Shown in pieces: positions 32,894-43,745 of a DNA stretch of 64,000 nucleotides. Positions within the stretch are counted from its first letter, which is position 1, and each line of letters opens with the position of its first letter. Source of the DNA: Hyaloraphidium curvatum SAG 235-1 (Eukaryota > Fungi > Monoblepharomycota); the NCBI GenBank assembly GCA_025558095.1, contig JAIVFI010000021.1:124001-188000 (forward strand), written 5' to 3'. The notes beneath the pieces were generated by a model that was not told the DNA's origin, ran no database searches, and saw only the letters and a list, made by a program, of their open reading frames with translations. The position numbers were made by a program, and so were the translations under genes.

Positions 32894-35800
32894 ATGGACA
32901 CCCTCGCCGCCGCGGCGGCCGCGCTGGAGCCCGTCGCGGGCCCAGGTGCCGGCGGTGACGTCGACTCGACCCCCGCCCCGCGCGCCGCGCCCAAGCCGCG
33001 CAGGCCCGCCGCCGGAGCCGCCCCCGCCCGGGAGACGGGAGAAAGGAAGCGGAAGAGCGCGGGGGAGGGCGAGGGCGGCGCCGCTGCGGGCCCCGTCGCC
33101 TCCGCCGGCGGCCTGCAGGGCCCACCGAAGCGTCGGATCGCCGCGACCAAGCCCCCGTCGGCCAAGGCGCCCGGCGAACCGGGGCGCAAGCAGCCGGCAG
33201 GCATACGCAAGAAGGATCTGGCATCGGCCGGTGCTCCGGCAGCCCGCGGAGGTGCGGCGGGCGCCCCGGACGCGGCGGGCTCGGGAGGCAGCGGAGCGAC
33301 GCGCAGGAGCAAGGTTGGCGACGCCGTCGTCCTGCACGAGGCGTCCCCGGGCGGGAATGATGCCGCTGCATCCGGTGCCGGGGCTCGCGCTCGCGGAGGA
33401 GGTGCTGGGGGCGACGGCGACGGCGCGCGGACCGGAGCTCCGGCTGGAGGGACGCCGGTCAAGGCAGGAACCCCTCCCGGCGGTCAGGAAGCGCAGAATC
33501 CTGGCGGCCAGGGATCAGATGGATCCGCTCCCGCGGCAACGGCTGCCTCGGTCCCTCCGGCGGAGGCTCCGGCTCGACCGACGGCGCGGAAGCCAAAGAG
33601 GAAGCGCGCCGCCGAAGACGACGGGGATGCGGAGCGAGCCGGTGCCGAGCCCGGTGCAGACGGCGCGGACGGAGGCTTGGGCCCCGCCGAGCGCAGCGAG
33701 CTCGAGGAGGCGCTCCGTTCCGGCCCCGCCGTGTCGGACGACCTGGAGCGCCGGGCCGCCCTCGCCGCGGACGAGGCCTGGAAGAACAGGGAGAACAGCG
33801 GGACCACGGACAGCATCTACGCCTCGCACTTTGAGCACTACAAGCTCTGGTGCGGCGGGAACGGCGTGGAGCCCTTCCCCGTCCTGCCGGCCAAGGCGGT
33901 GCTGTTCGCCGACTGGACGATGAAGCGGCCGCGCCTCAAGTCCGGCGTGAGGAAGGGCTCGAAGAAGGGGCGCACGGCGGACCAGGGCCCAGCAACCCTG
34001 GCGGCTTTGGAAGAGCTGTTCGTCACGGGCACTCGGATTGGGCCGGGTGTGGTCGGGGGCGTTCTCAACGCCCTCGAGTTCTTGCGCAAGGCCACGGCCA
34101 TCGACTTCCCCGAGGCCGATTTCCCGCAGGCCCACCGCCCGCTCCGAAGCGATCCTCGGGTGACGCGGATCGAGAAGCTCTCGAAGCAGAACAGCGCGTC
34201 GCGGCAGGCAAACTCGGAGGAGATCAAGTCGGCCGGCGGCGCGTCCAAGACCTACAACCAGCAGCAGTACCGCGACGTCGCGGACTACCATCTGCTGCGA
34301 GCGGCGAACGGCAAGAAGGCTGCCGTCACGCCGCAGGAGGCCGCCGCGGGGGTGCGCAACCGGGCACTGCACTTGATCTCGGGATCCTTGGCGGATCGGT
34401 CGTCGGACGTGCGCCCGACCGCGCTCTCGGACGTGCAGTTGCGCGAGGTGACTCTCCCAAAGACTGATCGCATTGTGGAGGTGGGCAGTCAATCTCCGTG
34501 GGTCGCGTGAAGCTTCCTAACGCTTGTTTGCCCGCCCAGCTCGGCGTCATCCTCGACAACAGCTCGAAAACAAACAAGGAAGGGGAGATCTTCGAGAAGG
34601 CGATGTTGCGGAACCCGGACGTCCGGATCTGCCCCATCAACTCGCTCGCCCTGCACAGCTATGCAACGTACCACATCCTACAGGAGCGGCCCTCGGAGCT
34701 TGCCCCCGTTTTTGACGCCAAGAGCCCGCCGTACGGCCGCAGGGACTGGTACAAGATCCCGCTGTTTCCTGGGAACGGAGAGAAGGGGGAGATCGCGTAC
34801 AAGAGTGGGTGGCCGCGGACTTCCCGCCTCTCCGTGAACTCACGGGCCCTTCTCCGCCGCAGCGCACTGGAAAGCAGTCACGGGAGCACACACGGCGCTC
34901 GGGCTCTTCGACGTCACGAAGAAGACCCACGCTGGGCGCTCGTACGCTCCGCGTCGCGCGCATGCCAAGGACTGTCCCGACGAGGACATGATGGCCCTGG
35001 GGCGGTGGAGCAACGGCAAGATCTTCCGGGAGCGATACTTGACGTCGATGCCGTGGCCGGCGGTCATCGCGACCGCCGACTCCGACGCCTCCAACCCGGC
35101 GGCCTACTACGTCCCGCGTGCGCAGCTCGGTGGGTGCCGTCGAATTGACACCTGGCGAGGCGCCACTGACGCAGCACGATCGATCGCGTCGATCCTGCAG
35201 AGCCGCCTGCGGAGCTCCAGCAACGCATCATGCCTTGGGCAGACGCCTCGCTCGCTGCGTACAAGGAGCGCCTCGAACTGGACCCGTCCAAGTACCGCGA
35301 CCCGTGCTGTGAGATGACCTGCAAGAGGTTCATTTTGGAGCGGAAGGTGCGGGGCGTCCCTTTTCCTCGGTCGTGCGTGCATGCGGGCGGTTGCTGACCA
35401 CCCTGCTTTACTCTTGCAGATCCTCCTTCAAGACGCCCCGGAGCTCATCAACCATTTCGCCCCCGAGTTCAGCAAGGACGGCTACGATGCGCACGCGGAC
35501 GACGGCCTCCCCTTCGTCTTCAAGACCGAGCTCTTCCTCTCCACCGAGTACCTGGTATGGCACCGCGAAGCGCTCGCCAAGATCGGCGAGCTGCGCGAGG
35601 CCGTGCGCCACGTGGCTGGGCCGAAGGAGTTTGTGAACGCATCGTGCCGCTCTTTCAGCAGCAGAACCTACTCTTCGGGCGCCTCGAGGAGGCTGTCTCG
35701 CGCAAGCCGGACGGGGCGTCGGCAGACCTGCGCACCGCGGTGCGCGAGGACGTGCGCGAGGACATGACCGTCCTCTACAACACGCTCGTGGAGACCCTCG

Positions 35801-36717
35801 ACTCCACCATGGAGCAGGCCATGGAGCATCTGACCGAGACGGTCACGGACGTGGTGCAGGACGTGTTCCGCAAGGCTGTGCCTTCCTTGGCGGCGGCCCT
35901 GCAGGCCCAGGTGCCGGCCGTCTCGGCCGGAAGCCCGGGCGTCTCCACCTCCTCCCCTTCGGCCCCGGCCCTCGCCAATCCATCGGCAACGGAGCTCCCG
36001 GTGCTCCTTCCCCGCCCGCAGCCCGTTTCCCAGGACGGTGGCGCCGGCCTGGGTGTTCCCCGCCCCCTGCTTTGCTTCCCCCGGCCTCCGAGCTTTCCCC
36101 CCTCCGGAAGCCCGGTCTCCGCCCTTGCTCCGCAGCCCAGCACCTCTGCAGCTCCCTCAGAACCTGCCCAGGGACCGGCAGCTGCCCCCTCGGCCGGCGC
36201 TGCGGCGGCAACGGGCCTCGACGCCGCCCAGGCGGAGAAGCGGGCGCTGGAGGCGTCGCGGCTGCGGCAAAAGTACGGAGCCAAGCTCCAGGGCATCGAC
36301 ATTGTTTTCCACAACGGGCAGATGGTACCGGCGTACGAGCTTGCCGCCGGGAAGCTGTCGATCGAGGACGCCTACAACGAGATCTACGTCGGGCGCGATG
36401 GCAAGATCTCGGTGGAGGAGCTGGACAGGGACTTTGGGCCCAAGTGGCGGCGGAACAACAACCGCATCCAAACCGAATACGGAAGGCGGAAAGCGATCAA
36501 GGAGGAGCTGGAGAAGATCCGGCGCGGCCCGCCCGCAAAGTCGCCGACGGCGGCGCTCCGGGCCCTCAAGGACAGGTTCACGGACAATGGGGCGGAGCTG
36601 ACGGCGCGGCAGGTGAGCGACCGGCTCCAGAAGGCGGCGCGGGACGCCGCCAAGGCTGCGAAGGAGGCGGCGGGCGGGGCGGGGACGGGTGCGGCCGCGC
36701 AGGGGGCTGCGGCGTGA
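32894..36717 (+). CDS. Crypton tyrosine recombinase (Ndc10-II-like catalytic domain + GCR1_C), copy 1
   Basis: Five introns: 34481-34539, 34805-34862, 35130-35200, 35347-35419, probably 35603-35658. Catalytic-type motifs R (ADRSSD), K (KTNKEG), HxxR (KTHAGR), W (GRW), Y (ERYL). Also RNPDVRICP, DWY, IMPW, ILLQDA and GCR1_C AYNEIYVGRDGKISVEELDRDFGPKWR..YGRRK. Confidence 0.9.
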
Positions 36718-37016
36718 CGGAAGGCGGGTCTTCTTGGGACATGGGGCAGTAGCGAGGTAGCGGAGGATCTTTTCGTTCTTTTCCCTGTGTTTGGTTCGGT
36801 TCAAGAATTGTAGGCCTCAGAAATCCGGTCAATCCAGTCCAGTCTGCCAGCGGGCGGCGCCCGCGGGCTCGCAAAACCTCCAGGAGGCCGGCAAGGCCGC
36901 CAGTCGCGGGCACCCTGCGCTGGCAAGAGCCGCGCTGGGCTCGTTGTCCGATTTTGCGGTCCGTTGCCGCGCTGTATCGCGGGGGTAGAGGGGTGGCGGC
37001 GAACCCACGGCACTGC

Positions 37017-37345
37017 CCCCCCACATCCCCCTCCCGCCGGCGGGAACCCCCGGAAAATCCGAACGGCCAGCGAGTTCAATACCGCGGGCACCTCGAACGG
37101 GGATTTGTCCGGCCCTTCGACCCATCCATCCCGTGTTTCGCCTCCGGAAGAACCGGCGCCCGACCGACGGTCCCCCACATCCCCCCTCCCGCCGGCGACA
37201 GCTCCCGGAAAACCCCAACGGCCAGCGAGCCCAATGCCGTGGGCACCTCGAACGGCGATTTGTCGAGGCTTCGACCCGTCCGCCCGGTGTTTCGCCTCGA
37301 AGAGCCGGCTTCCGCCAGACGGCCCTCCCCATCCCCCCTCCCGCC
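37017..37345. repeat. ~155-bp imperfect tandem duplication in the Crypton 3' non-coding region (repeated in each copy)
   Basis: CCCCCACATCCCC(C)TCCCGCCGGCG..GAAAA..AACGGCCAGCGAG..GGGCACCTCGAACGG.GATTTGTC..CTTCGACCC..GTGTTTCGCCTC at ~37017 and ~37172; a third unit begins near 37325. Confidence 0.85.
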
Positions 37346-37847
37346 GCCCTCCGGTCCCTCTGGGAGCTGGTCCAAACCGGTGCAGCAACGGTGCCCGGCC
37401 TCGGCGCGACGCACGCCGGCCGGCGGACCCGGCGGCGCCGCGGGAACACGGCACCTCCCGCGGGGGGTTCCCGCCCGCGGCCGCAATTGCGGGCTCCCCC
37501 ACCGCCACGCCCGCCGCCGCGGGCCCGCACGCCGGGGCGCCGCACGGCCCGACCGGTGCCGGAGTCGCAGCGCCGCGCGGCGGCCCGGGGGGAGCGGCGG
37601 TGCGGCGCGCGGGAGCGCGGCCGGCTTCGCCCCTCCGCGGTCGGGGCCAAACACCGCCGCCGCCGCGGCCGCCGCCGACCACGGCGCCGCGCAGGCGGAT
37701 CCCGCGGCCGCGCTGCAGGCCGGGCGGGCGGGGGGCGGCGGCCGTGGGGCAGCGGGGGAAAGGCGGTCCGGCTCCGGGGGAATGTTACACGCCCTGGGTG
37801 GGTTCGAGTCTGGCGGGGCCAATTAGAGCTGACCGCGGAACTGGCCG

Positions 37848-37873
37848 GGGAATGTTATGCGCATAACATTCCC
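37848..37873. repeat. Perfect 26-bp palindrome near the Crypton right end
   Basis: GGGAATGTTATGC|GCATAACATTCCC; also at 43276-43301 and 48700-48725. Confidence 0.95.
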
Positions 37874-38317
37874 TGCGGTCAGGGCGGCTAACGATCGGGC
37901 GGTCAGGTCTAGTTCAATTAGGCGGCGGTCAGGGGTTTGGGGGCTGACCACGGTGCACACACACAGAGCATAATAATCACGGGCTTAGGCGGACGGTCAG
38001 GTCCGCGGCCAGGCTAACCGGGCGGGCGGCCAGCTCTAACGCGCTGACCGCACAAACGCTACCCCGAAGCAACCGCCCGAACGCGGGCAAACACCCCCGC
38101 GCGGGCCCCGCCGACAGCGCAGAGCCGGACAGCTGTCGCGCGCCGAGCTCCCCGGGCCGGCGCTTCGCGCCGCGGAGGCCCGGTGCGCGAGCGGCGCCGC
38201 ATCGCCCGCGGGCAAACGCTGACAGGTCGCGCGCGCGGGTTCCCCCGCGGTCCTCCCGCGCCGCGGTCCTCCCGCGCCGCGGACCCCATAGATTCGGCGG
38301 ACCCCATAGATTCGCGC

Positions 38318-41300
38318 ATGGACACCCTCGCCGCCGCGGCGGCCGCGCTGGAGCCCGTCGCGGGCCCAGGTGCCGGCGGTGACGTCGACTCGACCCCCCG
38401 CCCCGCGCGCCGCGCCCAAGCCGCGCAGGCCCGCCGCCGGAGCCGCCCCCGCCCGGGAGACGGGAGAAAGGAAGCGGAAGAGCGCGGGGGAGGGCGAGGG
38501 CGGCGCCGCTGCGGGCCCCGTCGCCTCCGCCGGCGGCCTGCAGGGCCCACCGAAGCGTCGGATCGCCGCGACCAAGCCCCCGTCGGCCAAGGCGCCCGGC
38601 GAACCGGGGCGCAAGCAGCCGGCAGGCATACGCAAGAAGGATCTGGCATCGGCCGGTGCTCCGGCAGCCCGCGGAGGTGCGGCGGGCGCCCCGGACGCGG
38701 CGGGCTCGGGAGGCAGCGGAGCGACGCGCAGGAGCAAGGTTGGCGACGCCGTCGTCCTGCACGAGGCGTCCCCGGGCGGGAATGATGCCGCTGCATCCGG
38801 TGCCGGGGCTCGCGCTCGCGGAGGAGGTGCTGGGGGCGACGGCGACGGCGCGCGGACCGGAGCTCCGGCTGGAGGGGCGCCGGTCAAGGCAGGAACCCCT
38901 CCCGGCGGTCAGGAAGCGCAGAATCCTGGCGGCCAGGGATCAGATGGATCCGCTCCCGCGGCAACGGCTGCCTCGGTCCCTCCGGCGGAGGCTCCGGCTC
39001 GACCGACGGCGCGGAAGCCAAAGAGGAAGCGCGCCGCCGAAGACGACGGGGATGCGGAGCGAGCCGGTGCCGAGCCCGGTGCAGACGGCGCGGACGGAGG
39101 CTTGGGCCCCGCCGAGCGCAGCGAGCTCGAGGAGGCGCTCCGTTCCGGCCCCGCCGTGTCGGACGACCTGGAGCGCCGGGCCGCCCTCGCCGCGGACGAG
39201 GCCTGGAAGAACAGGGAGAACAGCGGGACCACGGACAGCATCTACGCCTCGCACTTTGAGCACTACAAGCTCTGGTGCGGCGGGAACGGCGTGGAGCCCT
39301 TCCCCGTCCTGCCGGCCAAGGCGGTGCTGTTCGCCGACTGGACGATGAAGCGGCCGCGCCTCAAGTCCGGCGTGAGGAAGGGCTCGAAGAAGGGGCGCAC
39401 GGCGGACCAGGGCCCAGCAACCCTGGCGGCTTTGGAAGAGCTGTTCGTCACGGGCACTCGGATTGGGCCGGGTGTGGTCGGGGGCGTTCTCAACGCCCTC
39501 GAGTTCTTGCGCAAGGCCACGGCCATCGACTTCCCCGAGGCCGATTTCCCGCAGGCCCACCGCCCGCTCCGAAGCGATCCTCGGGTGACGCGGATCGAGA
39601 AGCTCTCGAAGCAGAACAGCGCGTCGCGGCAGGCAAACTCGGAGGAGATCAAGTCGGCCGGCGGCGCGTCCAAGACCTACAACCAGCAGCAGTACCGCGA
39701 CGTCGCGGACTACCATCTGCTGCGAGCGGCGAACGGCAAGAAGGCTGCCGTCACGCCGCAGGAGGCCGCCGCGGGGGTGCGCAACCGGGCACTGCACTTG
39801 ATCTCGGGATCCTTGGCGGATCGGTCGTCGGACGTGCGCCCGACCGCGCTCTCGGACGTGCAGTTGCGCGAGGTGACTCTCCCAAAGACTGATCGCATTG
39901 TGGAGGTGGCAGTCAATCTCCGTGGGTCGCGTGAAGCTTCCTAACGCTTGTTTGCCCGCCCAGCTCGGCGTCATCCTCGACAACAGCTCGAAAACAAACA
40001 AGGAAGGGGAGATCTTCGAGAAGGCGATGTTGCGGAACCCGGACGTCCGGATCTGCCCCATCAACTCGCTCGCCCTGCACAGCTATGCAACGTACCACAT
40101 CCTACAGGAGCGGCCCTCGGAGCTTGCCCCCGTTTTGACGCCAAGAGCCCGCCGTACGGCCGCAGGGACTGGTACAAGATCCCGCTGTTTCCTGGGAACG
40201 GAGAGAAGGGGGAGATCGCGTACAAGAGTGGGTGGCCGCGGACTTCCCGCCTCTCCGTGAACTCACGGGCCCTTCTCCGCCGCAGCGCACTGGAAAGCAG
40301 TCACGGGAGCACACACGGCGCTCGGGCTCTTCGACGTCACGAAGAAGACCCACGCTGGGCGCTCGTACGCTCCGCGTCGCGCGCATGCCAAGGACTGTCC
40401 CGACGAGGACATGATGGCCCTGGGGCGGTGGAGCAACGGCAAGATCTTCCGGGAGCGATACTTGACGTCGATGCCGTGGCCGGCGGTCATCGCGACCGCC
40501 GACTCCGACGCCTCCAACCCGGCGGCCTACTACGTCCCGCGTGCGCAGCTCGGTGGGTGCCGTCGAATTGACACCTGGCGAGGCGCCACTGACGCAGCAC
40601 GATCGATCGCGTCGATCCTGCAGAGCCGCCTGCGGAGCTCCAGCAACGCATCATGCCTTGGGCAGACGCCTCGCTCGCTGCGTACAAGGAGCGCCTCGAA
40701 CTGGACCCGTCCAAGTACCGCGACCCGTGCTGTGAGATGACCTGCAAGAGGTTCATTTTGGAGCGGAAGGTGCGGGGCGTCCCTTTTCCTCGGTCGTGCG
40801 TGCATGCGGGCGGTTGTGACCACCCTGCTTTACTCTTGCAGATCCTCCTTCAAGACGCCCCGGAGCTCATCAACCATTTCGCCCCCGAGTTCAGCAAGGA
40901 CGGCTACGATGCGCACGCGGACGACGGCCTCCCCTTCGTCTTCAAGACCGAGCTCTTCCTCTCCACCGAGTACCTGTTATGGCACCGCGAAGCGCTCGCC
41001 AAGATCGGCGAGCTGCGCGAGGCCGTGCGCCACGTGGCTGGGCCGAAGGAGTTTGTGAACGCATCGTGCCGCTCTTTCAGCACAGCAGAACCTACTCTTC
41101 GGGCGCCTCGAGGAGGCTGTCTCGCGCAAGCCGGACGGGGCGTCGGCAGACCTGCGCACCGCGGTGCGCGAGGACGTGCGCGAGGACATGACCGTCCTCT
41201 ACAACACGCTCGTGGAGACCCTCGACTCCACCATGGAGCAGGCCATGGAGCATCTGACCCGAGACGGTCACGGACGTGGTGCAGGACGTGTTCCGCAAGG

Positions 41301-42146
41301 CTGTGCCTTCCTTGGCGGCGGCCCTGCAGGCCAGGTGCCGGCCGTCTCGGCCGGAAGCCCGGGCGTCTCCACCTCCTCCCCTTCGGCCCCGGCCCCTCGC
41401 CAATCCATCGGCAACGGAGCTCCCGGTGCTCCTTCCCCGCCCGCCAGCCCGTTTCCCAGGACGGTGGCGCCGGCCTGGGTGTTCCCCGCCCCCTGCTTTG
41501 CTTCCCCCGGCCTCCGAGCTTTCCCCCCTCCGGAAGCCCGGTCTCCCGCCCTTGCTCCGCAGCCCAGCACCTCTGCAGCTCCCTCAGAACCTGCCCAGGG
41601 ACCGGCAGCCTGCCCCCTCGGCCGGCGCTGCGGCGGCAACGGGCCTCGACGCCGCCCAGGCGGAGAAGCGGGCGCTGGAGGCGTCGCGGCTGCGGCAAAG
41701 TACGGAGCCAAGCTCCAGGGCATCGACATTGTTTTCCACAACGGGCAGATGGTACCGGCGTACGAGCTTGCCGCCGGGAAGCTGTCGATCGAGGACGCCT
41801 ACAACGAGATCTACGTCGGGCGCGATGGCAAGATCTCGGTGGAGGAGCTGGACAGGGACTTTGGGCCCAAGTGGCGGCGGAACAACAACCGCATCCAAAC
41901 CGAATACGGAAGGCGGAAAGCGATCAAGGAGGAGCTGGAGAAGATCCGGCGCGGCCCGCCCGCAAAGTCGCCGACGGCGGCGCTCCGGGCCCTCAAGGAC
42001 AGGTTCACGGACAATGGGGCGGAGCTGACGGCGCGGCAGGTGAGCGACCGGCTCCAGAAGGCGGCGCGGGACGCCGCCAAGGCCTGCGAAGGAGGCGGCG
42101 GGCGGGGCGGGGACGGGTGCGGGCCGCGCAGGGGGCTGCGGCGTGA
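38318..42146 (+). pseudogene. Crypton recombinase copy 2, frameshifted as assembled
   Basis: Many 1-2 bp indels relative to copies 1 and 3 (e.g. extra C ~38399, missing T ~40136, insertion ~41083); may be sequencing error. Confidence 0.7.
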
Positions 42147-43745
42147 CGGAAGGCGGGTCTTCTTGGGACATGGGCAGTAGCGAGGTAGCGGAGGATCTTT
42201 TCGTTCTTTTCCCTGTGTTTGGTTCGGTTCAAGAATTGTAGGCCTCAGAAATCCGGTCAATCCAGTCCAGTCTGCCAGCGGGCGGCGCCCGCGGGCTCGC
42301 AAAACCTCCAGGAGGCCGGCAAGGCCGCCAGTCGCGGGCACCCTGCGCTGGCAAGAGCCGCGCTGGGCTCGTTGTCCGATTTTGCGGTCCGTTGCCGCGC
42401 TGTATCGCGGGGGTAGAGGGGTGGCGGCGAACCCACGGCACTGCCCCCCCACATCCCCCTCCCGCCGGCGGGAACCCCCGGAAAATCCGAACGGCCAGCG
42501 AGTTCAATACCGCGGGCACCTCGAACGGGGATTTGTCCGGCCCTTCGACCCATCCATCCCGTGTTTCGCCTCCGGAAGAACCGGCGCCCGACCGACGGTC
42601 CCCCACATCCCCCCTCCCGCCGGCGACAGCTCCCGGAAAACCCCAACGGCCAGCGAGCCCAATGCCGTGGGCACCTCGAACGGCGATTTGTCGAGGCTTC
42701 GACCCGTCCGCCCGGTGTTTCGCCTCGAAGAGCCGGCTTCCGCCAGACGGCCCTCCCCATCCCCCCTCCCGCCGCCCTCCGGTCCCTCTGGGAGCTGGTC
42801 CAAACCGGTGCAGCAACGGTGCCCGGCCTCGGCGCGACGCACGCCGGCCGGCGGACCCGGCGGCGCCGCGGGAACACGGCACCTCCCGCGGGGGGTTCCC
42901 GCCCGCGGCCGCAATTGCGGGCTCCCCCACCGCCACGCCCGCCGCCGCGGGCCCGCACGCCGGGGCGCCGCACGGCCCGACCGGTGCCGGAGTCGCAGCG
43001 CCGCGCGGCGGCCCGGGGGGAGCGGCGGTGCGGCGCGCGGGAGCGCGGCCGGCTTCGCCCCTCCGCGGTCGGGGCCAAACACCGCCGCCGCCGCGGCCGC
43101 CGCCGACCACGGCGCCGCGCAGGCGGATCCCGCGGCCGCGCTGCAGGCCGGGCGGGCGGGGGGCGGCGGCCGTGGGGCAGCGGGGGAAAGGCGGTCCGGC
43201 TCCGGGGGAATGTTACACGCCCTGGGTGGGTTCGAGTCTGGCGGGGCCAATTAGAGCTGACCGCGGAACTGGCCGGGGAATGTTATGCGCATAACATTCC
43301 CTGCGGTCAGGGCGGCTAACGATCGGGCGGTCAGGTCTAGTTCAATTAGGCGGCGGTCAGGGGTTTGGGGGCTGACCACGGTGCACACACACAGAGCATA
43401 ATAATCACGGGCTTAGGCGGACGGTCAGGTCCGCGGCCAGGCTAACCGGGCGGGCGGCCAGCTCTAACGCGCTGACCGCACAAACGCTACCCCGAAGCAA
43501 CCGCCCGAACGCGGGCAAACACCCCCGCGCGGGCCCCGCCGACAGCGCAGAGCCGGACAGCTGTCGCGCGCCGAGCTCCCCGGGCCGGCGCTTCGCGCCG
43601 CGGAGGCCCGGTGCGCGAGCGGCGCCGCATCGCCCGCGGGCAAACGCTGACAGGTCGCGCGCGCGGGTTCCCCCGCGGTCCTCCCGCGCCGCGGTCCTCC
43701 CGCGCCGCGGACCCCATAGATTCGGCGGACCCCATAGATTCGCGC

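Noticed and set aside
32894-36717. Host kinetochore Ndc10 or Gcr1/Hot1/Msn1 transcription factor
   Set aside because: Catalytic R/K/HxxR/W/Y motifs are retained and the gene sits in a discretely bounded multicopy unit, which fits a transposon.
36801-37891. Six overlapping 250-300 aa ORFs in the Crypton 3' region (and their copies)
   Set aside because: All frames are open because of extreme GC content; the products are R/G/P/A low-complexity with no motifs, so no second element gene is supported.
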